Shown piece by piece: positions 9,377 to 20,195 of a stretch of DNA of 62,799 bases. Every line of letters begins with the position of its first letter. The first letter of the stretch is position 1. The notes under the pieces are model-generated. The model did no database searches and had not been told where the DNA came from. It worked only from the letters and a program-made list of their open reading frames with translations. This DNA is from a virus (Duplodnaviria; Caudoviricetes): positions 1 to 62,799 of the IMG/VR virus record IMGVR_UViG_3300016472_000673; one strand, 5' to 3'. The position numbers were made by a program, and so were the translations under genes.

Positions 9377-9991
9377 ATGATAATACGTGATAAAACTATT
9401 AAATATTGTGGAATTTATAAAATAACAAATCCAAATAATAAGGTTTATATTGGTAAATCTAAAGATATTGAGTATAGATTTATACAATATGCTTTATTAA
9501 ATAAAAAAACAATCGGAATAAAGTTATTTAATTCTTTGCAAAAGTATGGATGGGATTATCACATATTTGAAATTATAGAAGAATGTGATGAAAATAAGCT
9601 TGATGAAAAAGAAATATATTGGATAAAACAATGTAATTCTGTTAAAGAAGGATTAAATATAAAATATGGGGGAGAAGGAGGAAAATGGTCTGAAGAATCT
9701 AAAAGAAAAATTTCTATAAGTAAAAAAGGAAAACCTTCACCTTTAAAAGGAAAAATTCGTTCATATAGAGGAAGAATATCCCCTAATAAAGGAAAAAAAA
9801 GAAGTGAAGAAAGTAAATTATTAACAAGTTTAAAATTAAAAAATAAACCTCAAAATGGAAAACACATAATTAATTATATTACTAATCAAAAATGGATTAG
9901 TGCTTCTGAAGCTGGAAGATATTATAATGTGTCTTCTGTTACTATCCATAATTGGGTTAAAAATAGTAAAAATAACTTAAAATATAATTAA
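9377..9991 (+). CDS. GIY-YIG homing endonuclease
   Basis: GIYKITN..VYIGKS, NUMOD3-like basic repeats, C-terminal HTH. Confidence 0.9.
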   Translation: MIIRDKTIKYCGIYKITNPNNKVYIGKSKDIEYRFIQYALLNKKTIGIKLFNSLQKYGWDYHIFEIIEECDENKLDEKEIYWIKQCNSVKEGLNIKYGGEGGKWSEESKRKISISKKGKPSPLKGKIRSYRGRISPNKGKKRSEESKLLTSLKLKNKPQNGKHIINYITNQKWISASEAGRYYNVSSVTIHNWVKNSKNNLKYN

Positions 9992-9993
9992 TT

Positions 9994-10188
9994 ATGAAAA
10001 AAATGACATTAACTAGTGTAAAACTTCCCGAAGATCTATGGGATGAATTTCGTATAAGTTGCGTAAAGCATAAGTTTTCATTTCAAAAATTAACAGAACG
10101 CTGTATGTATCTTTACTTAACAAATGAAGAATTCAGAAAACAAATTCATAATCAATTAGATACACAACTAACAGAAGAAAGTAATTAA
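9994..10188 (+). CDS. Ribbon-helix-helix-like DNA-binding protein
   Basis: LTSVKLPEDLWDEF strand-helix-helix pattern. Confidence 0.6.
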   Translation: MKKMTLTSVKLPEDLWDEFRISCVKHKFSFQKLTERCMYLYLTNEEFRKQIHNQLDTQLTEESN

Positions 10189-10197
10189 AACAGTTAT

Positions 10198-11658
10198 ATG
10201 AAAGAAGGATATATACCACAAGCACAACGAAAAAAGATTTTATTGCTTTGTGATGATATTAGAATGACAAGTGGCATTTCCACTATGGCACGTGAAATTG
10301 TTATTGGCACAGCTCATCATTTTAATTGGGTAAACGTAGGAGGAGCTATTTCTCATCCTGATAAAGGTAAACGTTTTGATTTAAGCGCAGATACAAATCA
10401 AAATGCAGGTATTGAAGATGCAAATATATTTCTTTACCCAACAGATGGTTATGGTAGTTCTGAATTAATAAGACAACTTATCCAAATTGAAAAACCAGAT
10501 GCATTAATGATGTTTACTGATCCAAGATATTGGGTTTGGTTATTTCAAATTGAGCATGAAATAAGAAAACAAATGCCTATTATTTATCTTAATATATGGG
10601 ATGATTTGCCTTATCCAATGTATAATAAGTCGTTTTATGAATCATGTGATGCATTATTTGCTATTTCAAAACAAACAGAAAATATCAATCATTGTGTATT
10701 AGGACCTGAATTAGCAGCTGAAAAAGTAATTAAATATGTTCCTCACGGTATTAATGAGAAATTCTTCTTTCCTATTAATACTGAACATCCTGAATATTTA
10801 GCATTACAAGAATTTAAAAAACAATTATATGGTGATAAACAATATGATTTTAATCTACTATATAATGCTAGAAATATTCGTCGCAAATCAGTAGCTGATC
10901 TAATGTTAGCTTGGAAATTGTTTATTGATACATTACCAATAGAACAAGCTAAAAAATGTATATTTACACTTCATACTCAACCTATAGATGAAAATGGAAC
11001 TGATTTGTTTGCTGTAAAAGATATGTTATTTGGAAGACATTCTCAATACAATATTATATTTTCAAATAATAAGTATCCATCTAATATAATGAATTTACTT
11101 TACAACTCAGCAGATATAGTAGCATTAGTTAGTAGTAATGAAGGATGGGGATTATCACTTACAGAAGCAATGATATGTGGTAAACCAATTATAGCAACTG
11201 TAACTGGTGGTATGCAAGATCAAATGCGATTTGAAGATGAAGATGGTAACTGGATTAAATTCACAGAAGAATTTGGTTCTAACCATAAAGGAAAATATAA
11301 AAAACATGGCAAATGGGCTTACCCAGTATTCCCATCTAACCATAGCCTTGTAGGTTCAATTCCAACACCTTATATATTTGATGATAGAGCTCAACCTGAA
11401 GATATAGCTGAACAAATATCTAGAGCATATTTTTGTAAAGAATATCATCCTGAAACTTATAAAGAAATATGTAAAGCAGCTCATGAATGGGTTCATTCAG
11501 ACGAATCAATGATGACAGCAGCTAATATGTGTAAAAATATAATTAATGGAGTTGATGAGACATTTGAAAAATGGGAACCAAGATATGCGTTTGAAATGAT
11601 TAAAGTAGAACCATTAGAACAACCAAAACATTTTGTAAAACACGTTATCGCTAAATAA
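10198..11658 (+). CDS. Glycosyltransferase, GT-B (GT4-like)
   Basis: YVPHGI, RNIRRK, NEGWGLSLTEAM (EX7E). Confidence 0.9.
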   Translation: MKEGYIPQAQRKKILLLCDDIRMTSGISTMAREIVIGTAHHFNWVNVGGAISHPDKGKRFDLSADTNQNAGIEDANIFLYPTDGYGSSELIRQLIQIEKPDALMMFTDPRYWVWLFQIEHEIRKQMPIIYLNIWDDLPYPMYNKSFYESCDALFAISKQTENINHCVLGPELAAEKVIKYVPHGINEKFFFPINTEHPEYLALQEFKKQLYGDKQYDFNLLYNARNIRRKSVADLMLAWKLFIDTLPIEQAKKCIFTLHTQPIDENGTDLFAVKDMLFGRHSQYNIIFSNNKYPSNIMNLLYNSADIVALVSSNEGWGLSLTEAMICGKPIIATVTGGMQDQMRFEDEDGNWIKFTEEFGSNHKGKYKKHGKWAYPVFPSNHSLVGSIPTPYIFDDRAQPEDIAEQISRAYFCKEYHPETYKEICKAAHEWVHSDESMMTAANMCKNIINGVDETFEKWEPRYAFEMIKVEPLEQPKHFVKHVIAK

Positions 11659-11710
11659 TGGTTTCCAACAGGTACATATATTTATTAATATAAATAAGTA
11701 CCTATAGGAG

Positions 11711-12394
11711 ATGAATTATCAACGAATATACAATCAAATAATAGAACGTGCTAGAACAAGACAAATAGAAGGGTATGTTGAAAAACACCATATTATTCCT
11801 CGCTGTATAGGTGGTTTGGATAATAAAAGTAATATAATCCAATTGACAGCTAGAGAACATTTTATATGTCATATGTTATTATGTGAAATATACCCAAATG
11901 AATCTAAATTAAAACATGCTTTATTTTTAATGTCTATTGGAAAACAAAAAGTAAAAAATAAACATTATAAAGTAAGTAATAGAACTTATGAGCGTTTAAA
12001 ATTAGAATATGCTTTACTTTTAACAGGGAAAAAACAAAAAGATAAAACCAAATTAAAAAAAAGTGAATCAATGAAACGTGTTTGGGCTAATAAAACAGAT
12101 GAAGAAATGACTAATAAAGCTCAAAAAATATGGAATACTCGACGAAAAAATAATAAAGGATCAACAACATTACAACAACGTCAAAATATTAGTAAAGCCT
12201 TAAAAGGACGAAAAATAACATGGGATAGAAAAAGAAATCAAATTATAGAGCAATATGATTTACAAAATAATTTTATCCAAGAATGGTCTAGTATATCACA
12301 AGCAAGAAAACAAATAAAAGGAGATATTCAAGCTTGCTGTAAAGGTAAACAAAAAACAGCAGGTGGTTATGTTTGGAAATATAAATTAAAATAA
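11711..12394 (+). CDS. HNH homing endonuclease with NUMOD1 tail
   Basis: EKHHIIPR..LTAREHFICH; C-terminal KTAGGYVWKY. Confidence 0.9.
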   Translation: MNYQRIYNQIIERARTRQIEGYVEKHHIIPRCIGGLDNKSNIIQLTAREHFICHMLLCEIYPNESKLKHALFLMSIGKQKVKNKHYKVSNRTYERLKLEYALLLTGKKQKDKTKLKKSESMKRVWANKTDEEMTNKAQKIWNTRRKNNKGSTTLQQRQNISKALKGRKITWDRKRNQIIEQYDLQNNFIQEWSSISQARKQIKGDIQACCKGKQKTAGGYVWKYKLK

Positions 12395-12408
12395 TTAATA
12401 AAAATAAT

Positions 12409-13716
12409 ATGAAACCTTTAGTTATAATATCATGTGCCATTGACACATGGAGTGGTTATGGGGCTCGCTCAAGAGATATTGCTTTAGCAATTATTAAGTC
12501 AGAAAAATACGATGTTAAAATATTACCTCAAAGATGGGGAGCTACTCCATTCGGTTTTTTGAAATCAAACAATCCTGATCATAAATTAATGATGGATTGT
12601 ATTTGGAATAGTCCTCAACTTCCAAAACAACCTGACTGTTGGATTCAAATTACTGTACCAAATGAATTTCAACCAATAGGTAAATTCAATATTGGTATAA
12701 CAGCTGGTATCGAAACTACAGTCTGTGCTCCACAATGGATTGAAGGTATTAACAGAATGAATTTAACATTAGTATCTTCAGCTCATGCTAAAGTAGTATT
12801 TGAAAATAGTAAATTTGAAAGACGTAACTCACAAACACAACAAATAGAAGGAGTAATTGAATTACAAGCTCCTATAGAAGTATTATTTGAAGGAGTAAAT
12901 ACAGAAATATATAAAAAATTAGATAACATTGAAGGTGAATTAAATGATATATTAAACGATATATCTGAAGAATTTAACTTCTTATTTGTAGGACATTGGT
13001 TACAGGGCGAGATAGGCCAAGATAGAAAAGATGTTGGCATGTTGATTAAAACATTTCTTGAAACATTTAAAGATAAAAAATCTAAACCAGGTCTTATACT
13101 TAAAGTATCCTGTGGTAATTACTCTATAATGGATAGAGATGAAATACTAGATAGAATTAGAAAAATTGAAGAAGCAGTAGGTGGTGATTTACCAAGTATC
13201 TATTTAATTCATGGTGAATTAAGTGATGAAGAAATGAATGAATTATATAACCATCCAAAAGTAAAAGCATCTGTTTCGTTTACTAAAGGTGAAGGATATG
13301 GTCGCCCGTTACTCGAAGCATCAGTAGCAGGTAAACCTATTATTGCTTCTAATTATAGTGGCCATTTAGATTTTCTTAGCTCAGAAATGTCAATCCTACT
13401 TCCAGGTCAAATCACTCAAATACACCCTTCAGCAGTAGTACAAGATATGCTTATAGCTGAGAGTGGATGGTTCACTGTAGATTATGATAAAGCATCAAAA
13501 ATACTTGAAGATGTTTATAAAAACTATAAAAAGTATGTTGATGGGGCGAAAAAACAATCTTATTGTTCGCGTACAGAATTTAGCTTAGAAAAAATGAGTG
13601 AAAAAATAGTTTCTATTTTAGAAGAAAAAGTACCTAAACAAGTTGCACTTAAGTTACCAAGTCTCAAACGCATTGAACTTCCCAAACTCCGTAAAGTTGA
13701 ATTCCCAAATGAATAA
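12409..13716 (+). CDS. Glycosyltransferase, GT-B (GT4-like)
   Basis: SGYG, GEGYGRPLLEA (EX7E). Confidence 0.9.
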   Translation: MKPLVIISCAIDTWSGYGARSRDIALAIIKSEKYDVKILPQRWGATPFGFLKSNNPDHKLMMDCIWNSPQLPKQPDCWIQITVPNEFQPIGKFNIGITAGIETTVCAPQWIEGINRMNLTLVSSAHAKVVFENSKFERRNSQTQQIEGVIELQAPIEVLFEGVNTEIYKKLDNIEGELNDILNDISEEFNFLFVGHWLQGEIGQDRKDVGMLIKTFLETFKDKKSKPGLILKVSCGNYSIMDRDEILDRIRKIEEAVGGDLPSIYLIHGELSDEEMNELYNHPKVKASVSFTKGEGYGRPLLEASVAGKPIIASNYSGHLDFLSSEMSILLPGQITQIHPSAVVQDMLIAESGWFTVDYDKASKILEDVYKNYKKYVDGAKKQSYCSRTEFSLEKMSEKIVSILEEKVPKQVALKLPSLKRIELPKLRKVEFPNE

Positions 13717-13718
13717 AT

Positions 13719-13769
13719 TTTAAACAGAAAATAGCTTTTGGGTATATTTGGAAATATAAAGAAAATTAA
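13719..13769 (+). pseudogene. Relic 3' end of a NUMOD1 homing endonuclease
   Basis: Reads FKQKIAFGYIWKYKEN*, matching KQKTAFGYKWKY of ORF 3568. Confidence 0.65.
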
Positions 13770-13803
13770 TTATTACCCATATAAATTTAAAAAAAGTAGA
13801 TTA

Positions 13804-14199
13804 ATGAAAGAAGTACTCACTATATGTCCTCGATGTAAAGGAAATGCATGCCATGTAGCGTCTAATGATAAACTAACTGTTTGGAGTTGTTTTGGATGTG
13901 GTTTCACATCCAATTCAACCCTAACAGAAGATAAACTAGAAGTAACTGAATCTGTAATGCCTCAACTTTATATTGATCTTAAATTTAAAGATGAAAATGG
14001 TTACCATTGGTATCCATCAACAGTAATTCTTGAAGATAAATCAATGGTATTTGCCGATGGTAGATCAACTGAAGATTGGAAATGGTCAGCTGTTCAATCT
14101 AAAGAAGGAAAAGCAGATATGACTACATTACAGCAGTTTGATGAAAAAGACTTTATGGAAGCTCTTGATTATATAGGATTTTTTCAAAAACAAAAATAA
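13804..14199 (+). CDS. Zinc-finger hypothetical protein; start moved to ATG 13804
   Basis: CPRC and CFGC pairs; the listed upstream extension overlaps the endonuclease relic. Confidence 0.7.
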   Translation: MKEVLTICPRCKGNACHVASNDKLTVWSCFGCGFTSNSTLTEDKLEVTESVMPQLYIDLKFKDENGYHWYPSTVILEDKSMVFADGRSTEDWKWSAVQSKEGKADMTTLQQFDEKDFMEALDYIGFFQKQK

Positions 14200-14203
14200 C
14201 GTT

Positions 14204-14824
14204 ATGTTAAGAATTAGTTATGCTATCACGGCTTGTAATGAACACGTTGAATTAGAACGTTTATTAGAAATGTTAGAAAACAATATTCGTCCTAAAGACG
14301 AAGTTGTAATTCAAGTAGATACAACAGCTACTCCTGAAGTAAGAGCATTGTGTATTGATTATATGAGAGAAAATTGGCGTGCTGTAGAATTTCCATTAAA
14401 TAAAGATTTTGCAGCGTTTAAAAATAATCTAAGTAAACATTGTACTAAAGAATTTATATTTCAAATAGATGCAGATGAATATCCTCATCCACATTTATTA
14501 GAATCACTTCCTGAAATATTAGAATATAACTATAATATAGATGTATTTCTAACTCCTAGAATAAATACAGTAGAAGGTTTAACTGAACAACATATTAAAC
14601 AATGGGGTTGGAATGTTAATGAAAAAGGATGGGTTAATTTTCCAGATTATCAATGGCGTATCTGGAAAAATAATAGAAAAATTCAATGGATAAATAAAGT
14701 ACATGAACGTTTAGATGAATTTAATGAATATTCTGCTTTACCTCAAATAGAAGAATATTGTTTAATTCATCCTAAAACAATTGAAAGACAAGAAAAACAA
14801 AATAAATTTTATGGTACAATCTAA
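14204..14824 (+). CDS. Glycosyltransferase GT2-like
   Basis: ISYAITACNE, IDADE, VHE. Confidence 0.88.
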   Translation: MLRISYAITACNEHVELERLLEMLENNIRPKDEVVIQVDTTATPEVRALCIDYMRENWRAVEFPLNKDFAAFKNNLSKHCTKEFIFQIDADEYPHPHLLESLPEILEYNYNIDVFLTPRINTVEGLTEQHIKQWGWNVNEKGWVNFPDYQWRIWKNNRKIQWINKVHERLDEFNEYSALPQIEEYCLIHPKTIERQEKQNKFYGTI

Positions 14825-15662
14825 TCCACTAACATTTTGTATTTCTACTTATAATAATTTATCTTATTTAAAATTAGCTATTAAATCAGTAAGAAAGAAT
14901 AGTTATTTTAAAGACGCTCCATTTATTATTCATGCTGAAAATTGTACTGATGGCACTAATGAATGGCTTAATGAAATTAAAGAACAATATAATTTAGATG
15001 TTTATATTGAAATAAACGATATAGCTAAAGGTATAGGTGGTGGAATGAATTTTTGTGCTAATAAAGTTCAAACTGAATATATAAATTTTCTTCATTCTGA
15101 TTTTTATGTTACTAAAGATTGGGATTTAGAATTATTAAAAGTACATGAAAAATACCCTAATGAAAAATTATGGGTTAATTCACATAGAGTTGAACCTAAT
15201 ATGTTTAATTCACCAGATAGACCTGGTACTATTTTAATTCCATTAGATATCTTTGGAGCATACTATTATAACTTTAACCCAGAACAATTTGAAGAATGGG
15301 CTGAGGAATTTAAATCAATGAACGAATTTGAAATACCTAAAGGTGAAGGTGTTAGTGGATTAATTAAAAAATCAATATGGGATAAAGTAGGAGGTAATGA
15401 TTCTAGATTTGCTCCCACTAGTTGGGAAGATATGGATTTATTCTTAAGAATGTTACAAATTGGAGTTAGATTTATATTACCTTCTAAATCCTTAGTTTGG
15501 CATTTTGGAGCTAGAGGTAGTCATAGACTAGAAGAAAATAACGGACAACCCTCAGAAAGACAAAGAAAATCAGAACAAGAAAATGCTAAAAAATGGTTGG
15601 ATAAGTGGGGTAAGATACCTATATTTGATGAATATGGAATGATTAAATTATATGAAAAATAA
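14811..15662 (+). CDS. Glycosyltransferase GT2-like; start probably ATG 14811
   Basis: ISTYNN, CTDGT, HSD, WEDMDL. Confidence 0.85.
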   Translation: MVQSNPLTFCISTYNNLSYLKLAIKSVRKNSYFKDAPFIIHAENCTDGTNEWLNEIKEQYNLDVYIEINDIAKGIGGGMNFCANKVQTEYINFLHSDFYVTKDWDLELLKVHEKYPNEKLWVNSHRVEPNMFNSPDRPGTILIPLDIFGAYYYNFNPEQFEEWAEEFKSMNEFEIPKGEGVSGLIKKSIWDKVGGNDSRFAPTSWEDMDLFLRMLQIGVRFILPSKSLVWHFGARGSHRLEENNGQPSERQRKSEQENAKKWLDKWGKIPIFDEYGMIKLYEK

Positions 15663-16641
15663 AACTATGGAAAAAAAGAAAATATTAATAACAGGAGGAT
15701 TAGGATTTATTGGAACTCACTGTGTTGAAAAATGGAATAGTTTAGAATATGATATAACTATCATAGATAATTTATCTTCAAATGCATTACCTCCAACTGA
15801 TAAATTATTTAAAGATTGTAAAATAATAATTAAAAATATATTAGATATAAACATAACTCAACTAAAAAAATTTGATATTATATTACATTTAGCATCCCCT
15901 GTTGGCCCAGTTGGAGTATTAAAACATTCTGGTAGAATGGCTTCTATTATTATTGATGATATTTACTGGGCTATTGGTGCGGCTAAACATAATAATTGTC
16001 CTTTGATTTTTATTTCTACCTCTGAAATTTATGGTTATAGAGATAGTAAAACTTATCTTAAAGAAGATGAACAGAAAGTATTAAATGGAGATTTTACAGT
16101 TAGAAATGAATATGCTATATCTAAATTACTAGCAGAAATTGTTTTATCTAATACAGCAAAAATAGATCCTGAATTTAAATACCAAACAATCAGACCCTTC
16201 AATGTATCAGGAAAATATCAATTACCTGATAATGGATTTGTAGTTCCTAGATTTGTAGAACAAGCATTAAATGGAGAAGATATTACTGTTTATTACGATG
16301 GTCTTCAATTAAGAGCATTTACTTGGGTTAAAGATATTGTTGAAGGAATCTATTTAACATCTATAGCTCCTAATGAATATTGGAATCAAGAATGGAATGT
16401 AGGGAATGAAAAAAATGAAAATACAATTTTATATTTAGCTACTAAAGTTAAAGAAATCTCAAATAGTAATTCAAATATAATCAATGTTGACCCTACTATG
16501 CTCCATGGCCCTCTATTTTCAGAAGCCCCAGAAAAAATTCCAAATAGTGAAAAAATTAAATCATTATTAGGGTGGAAAGCTACTAAAGAAGTAGATGATA
16601 TTCTAAAAGAAGTTATTGATTATTTTATTTCTAGAAAATAA
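15652..16641 (+). CDS. NAD-dependent nucleotide-sugar epimerase/dehydratase
   Basis: TGGLGFIG, STSEIYG, YAISK. Confidence 0.92.
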   Translation: MKNKTMEKKKILITGGLGFIGTHCVEKWNSLEYDITIIDNLSSNALPPTDKLFKDCKIIIKNILDINITQLKKFDIILHLASPVGPVGVLKHSGRMASIIIDDIYWAIGAAKHNNCPLIFISTSEIYGYRDSKTYLKEDEQKVLNGDFTVRNEYAISKLLAEIVLSNTAKIDPEFKYQTIRPFNVSGKYQLPDNGFVVPRFVEQALNGEDITVYYDGLQLRAFTWVKDIVEGIYLTSIAPNEYWNQEWNVGNEKNENTILYLATKVKEISNSNSNIINVDPTMLHGPLFSEAPEKIPNSEKIKSLLGWKATKEVDDILKEVIDYFISRK

Positions 16642-16644
16642 ATT

Positions 16645-17571
16645 ATGATATTATATAATGAATATTTTCAATCTGTAACTGAAGTTCAAAAATTAGGTTT
16701 TCCTGATGAATCTGATATTAGAATACCTATAGAATATTTAAAAAATAAACAATTTATTTTATTTAGAACTTGCCATTCATATGGAGATTGGATCCTATTA
16801 TCAGCAGCCCCACGATTATTTAAACAAAAATACCCAGACTGTACTGTAATAATACCTTCTCCTGAATGTATATTAAAATATTTTTCCCCAGATTCTTGGT
16901 TATATAAACATAATAATCCTTTTAATAATGTTGTAGAAATATTTAAAAATAACCCTTATGTTGATGGAATGATTGATGAAATTCCTCAAGGTATGCCTAT
17001 ATATCATGATCATTTTAGAATATATGATGAAAAAAATGCTGATATTCCTATAGTTCAACAAATGTTAAAGTTTTGGAGGTTTGAAGATCATGAAATAGAA
17101 GATTGTCAACCTGAATTATATTGGGATGATAAAGAAAAAATTATAGGAAATAATATAATTGAACAAGTTTTTGAAAACCAATCTTTTGGATTTTTATATC
17201 TTGACGATCAGTATGTAGTAGGAGATGGAATAAATCATACCTGGTATTCTGAAGATATAAAACAAGAAAAATTAAAATACAAAAGATCATTAATTCAAAA
17301 AGAAATAAATAAATATAATTTATCTTGGTTATATTATTCAGGAAATAGTGAGTTTATATATAAAACTAGTAATAAAATAGTTAATGTAAAAGAACTTAAT
17401 ATTAGTTTACGTATACAACAATACATAAAATCAAAATCAAAATTAATAATAGGTCATCAAGGAGGATATGGTACGGATTGTATGCCTAGATATACAAAGT
17501 GTTATGTTGTTCCTTTAACTCCTGGATCTATAGCAGAACATATATTAATTGGAACAACTTATTTATATTAA
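16645..17571 (+). CDS. Putative glycosyltransferase (GT9-like N-terminus)
   Basis: SYGDWILLSAAPRLFKQKYP and NNPYVD. Confidence 0.55.
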   Translation: MILYNEYFQSVTEVQKLGFPDESDIRIPIEYLKNKQFILFRTCHSYGDWILLSAAPRLFKQKYPDCTVIIPSPECILKYFSPDSWLYKHNNPFNNVVEIFKNNPYVDGMIDEIPQGMPIYHDHFRIYDEKNADIPIVQQMLKFWRFEDHEIEDCQPELYWDDKEKIIGNNIIEQVFENQSFGFLYLDDQYVVGDGINHTWYSEDIKQEKLKYKRSLIQKEINKYNLSWLYYSGNSEFIYKTSNKIVNVKELNISLRIQQYIKSKSKLIIGHQGGYGTDCMPRYTKCYVVPLTPGSIAEHILIGTTYLY

Positions 17572-17572
17572 T

Positions 17573-18808
17573 ATGAATGATTATAAATTAATTGATAAAT
17601 GTCCTATAACTAAAGATAATAAAAGCATAATTTATTTAGATTTAGGTTTAATGCCTTTAGTTAATAATTTAAATAATACTAAAGAAGAATCTTTAAATTG
17701 TCCACGATATTCTTTAGCTGTACAATTATTTGAAAAAAGTGGATTATCTACATTAACAACAGAAATAAATCCTAATATATTATATTCACATTATTTATAT
17801 AAATCTGGAGTATCTCAACCATATATAGAGCATTGTGAAGAAATGTTTTGGTTTATGGATACTTATCTTTTTTTAAAAGAGAAAGATAAAGTTTTAGATA
17901 TTGGAGGCAATGATGGTACTTTATTAAAAACATTTTTAGAAAAAAAATCATTTTTAGATGTATTAAATATTGATGCTTCCACTAATCTAACTATAGAAGC
18001 AGAAAAAAATGGTATTCCTTCAATTAATGATTTTTGGGGAGTAGAATTAGCTAAAAAAATAAATACTAAATTTAAATTAATTATAACAACTAATTGTTTT
18101 CAACATACTGCTCCAATTGAAAGTTTTGTAGAAGGAATTTCAATGAGTTTAGAAAAACAAGGAATATGGTGTTTAGAATTTCCTTATTGGAAAACAAGCA
18201 TTGAAACTAACCAATTTGACCAGGTTTATCATGAACATATTTATTATTATTTATTAAAACCTTTAACTTTATTATTAGATAAATATAATCTTAATATAAT
18301 TAAAGCTGTTAAATATCCTATTCATGGTGGAACTATGAGATTATTAATTACTCATAAAGGAAAATTAAAAGAAACATTTCAACAAGATGAATGGAGTGTA
18401 CCTAAAATTTTAAATCAAGAAAATTTTACTTTAGAAGATTATATTAAATGGGGAGAAAATATTAAAAAAAATATTAGAAAAAGCAAAGAATATATTTTAT
18501 TTTTAAAAAATAAAAAATATAAAATAGCTGGTTTTGGAGCAGCAGCTAAAGGTTGTGTATATTTAAATGCTGCTGAAATTAATTTTAATCAAATTGATTA
18601 TGTAATAGACGATACAAATATAAAACAAAGAAAATTTATACCAGGAACTGGTATAGAAATAGTATCTAGAAAAAAATTACAAACTAATCCTGTAGATTAT
18701 ATTATAATATTAGCTCATAATTTTTCTGATTATATAATTAAATCATTAAGACAAGATAATTATAAAGGAAAATTTATTATTCTTCTACCAGAAATAAAAG
18801 AAATTTAA
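17573..18808 (+). CDS. NDP-sugar C-methyltransferase (NovU/EryBIII-like); start probably ATG 17573
   Basis: LGLMPLVN, DIGGNDG, YHEH, HGGT, GAAAKG, IPGTGIEI. Confidence 0.9.
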   Translation: MNDYKLIDKCPITKDNKSIIYLDLGLMPLVNNLNNTKEESLNCPRYSLAVQLFEKSGLSTLTTEINPNILYSHYLYKSGVSQPYIEHCEEMFWFMDTYLFLKEKDKVLDIGGNDGTLLKTFLEKKSFLDVLNIDASTNLTIEAEKNGIPSINDFWGVELAKKINTKFKLIITTNCFQHTAPIESFVEGISMSLEKQGIWCLEFPYWKTSIETNQFDQVYHEHIYYYLLKPLTLLLDKYNLNIIKAVKYPIHGGTMRLLITHKGKLKETFQQDEWSVPKILNQENFTLEDYIKWGENIKKNIRKSKEYILFLKNKKYKIAGFGAAAKGCVYLNAAEINFNQIDYVIDDTNIKQRKFIPGTGIEIVSRKKLQTNPVDYIIILAHNFSDYIIKSLRQDNYKGKFIILLPEIKEI

Positions 18809-18814
18809 TTTAAT

Positions 18815-19558
18815 ATGGAAAAAACATTAGCTGTTATATTACATTATAATTCTGTTAAATACACTGATACTTTGTATGAAATGTTAAAACCATATGAAAA
18901 AGAAGATTATGATTTAATTGTTATTGATAATGGTTCTAATGAAGATAAAATTTCTAAATATGCTACTTTTAAATTAGAAGAAAATACATACTATGGAGGT
19001 GGATTAGATGTTACTATGAATTATTTTATTAACAATAAACAATACGACTCTATGATACTTCTAAATTCAGATTTAATAATACATGGGTATAATTTTATTA
19101 AGGCTTTACGTAATGAATTATTTGCTGAAGAAGATTTAATATCAGTATCTGGTTGTGTAATACAACCTGAAAAAAATCAATGTCATTGGAAGGCAATACA
19201 TAATTGGGGTAGTAAACAAATACGTTATGTTCCTTGGGTTGATTATCAATGTTCTTTATTAAAAAGAAAATTTGTAGAAGAAATAAAAGAATTTGGAAGT
19301 AAATTTGGGTGGGTACAAGATATAATGACAGGAATTGTATGTGAAGATAAAGGATGGAAAATCGGAGTGTGTGATTGGTTACCTGTTATTCATTTTGGGA
19401 ACGGTTCAGTTAAAGAAAATTCTAATGACCCTATTATATCTAAATATAACCAATTAGCTGAACAAGAAATGATTCAGTATTTTCAAGAAAAAGGTTTATG
19501 GAATAGATTTTTAGAACAAAGAATTAAAGGAGAAAATTATAAAGCATTTTATGAATAA
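18815..19558 (+). CDS. Glycosyltransferase GT2-like
   Basis: VIDNGS, LLNSD. Confidence 0.75.
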   Translation: MEKTLAVILHYNSVKYTDTLYEMLKPYEKEDYDLIVIDNGSNEDKISKYATFKLEENTYYGGGLDVTMNYFINNKQYDSMILLNSDLIIHGYNFIKALRNELFAEEDLISVSGCVIQPEKNQCHWKAIHNWGSKQIRYVPWVDYQCSLLKRKFVEEIKEFGSKFGWVQDIMTGIVCEDKGWKIGVCDWLPVIHFGNGSVKENSNDPIISKYNQLAEQEMIQYFQEKGLWNRFLEQRIKGENYKAFYE

Positions 19559-20195
19559 TATATTAACATTAGACGAATTAGCAACAAAATACGGTACTGA
19601 TAAAGGACCAAATGATCATATCTACACACCAAGATATAGTTTATATTTAGAACAATATAGAGATACAGAATTTAATTTATTAGAAATAGGAGTATGTGAT
19701 GGTGCTTCTATCAGAATGTGGAAAGAATATTTTCCAAAAGCAAATATTGTGGCTATAGATATAGATCCAAGATGTAAAGAATATGAAGAAGATAGAATTA
19801 ATATTCATATTGGAGATCAAACGGATATTAAATTTTTAAATAGTGTATTTAACGAATATAAACATTTTGAAATAATTTTAGATGATGGAGGTCATAGTTA
19901 TAAACAACAAATAATTTCTTTTGAAACTTATTTTCCCCAACTAACACCTGGCGGAATGTATTTTATTGAAGATTTACATACTTCATATCGCCCAAAAAGC
20001 GTTTGGGATGATTACTATATTACATGTGTAAATTATTTTAAAAATATGGTAGATAAAGTTAATTTAAATGGAAAAAGTTTTACTGGATATAAAGAAATTT
20101 ATAATCAGTCTTTAGATTATTACGAAAGAAATATTGATTTTATTCATTTTTACAAAAGTGTAGTTGTAGTGAGTAAAAAAGAAATACCATTATGA
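19551..20195 (+). CDS. SAM-dependent sugar O-methyltransferase (MycE-like)
   Basis: YGTDK, LEIGV, DDGGH, GGMYFIEDLHTSY. Confidence 0.88.
   Translation: MNNILTLDELATKYGTDKGPNDHIYTPRYSLYLEQYRDTEFNLLEIGVCDGASIRMWKEYFPKANIVAIDIDPRCKEYEEDRINIHIGDQTDIKFLNSVFNEYKHFEIILDDGGHSYKQQIISFETYFPQLTPGGMYFIEDLHTSYRPKSVWDDYYITCVNYFKNMVDKVNLNGKSFTGYKEIYNQSLDYYERNIDFIHFYKSVVVVSKKEIPL

Noticed and set aside
3568-12394. Group I introns around the GIY-YIG and HNH genes
   Set aside because: Flanking protein genes appear complete, apart from the purA-like remnant, and there is no visible intron core; treated as free-standing
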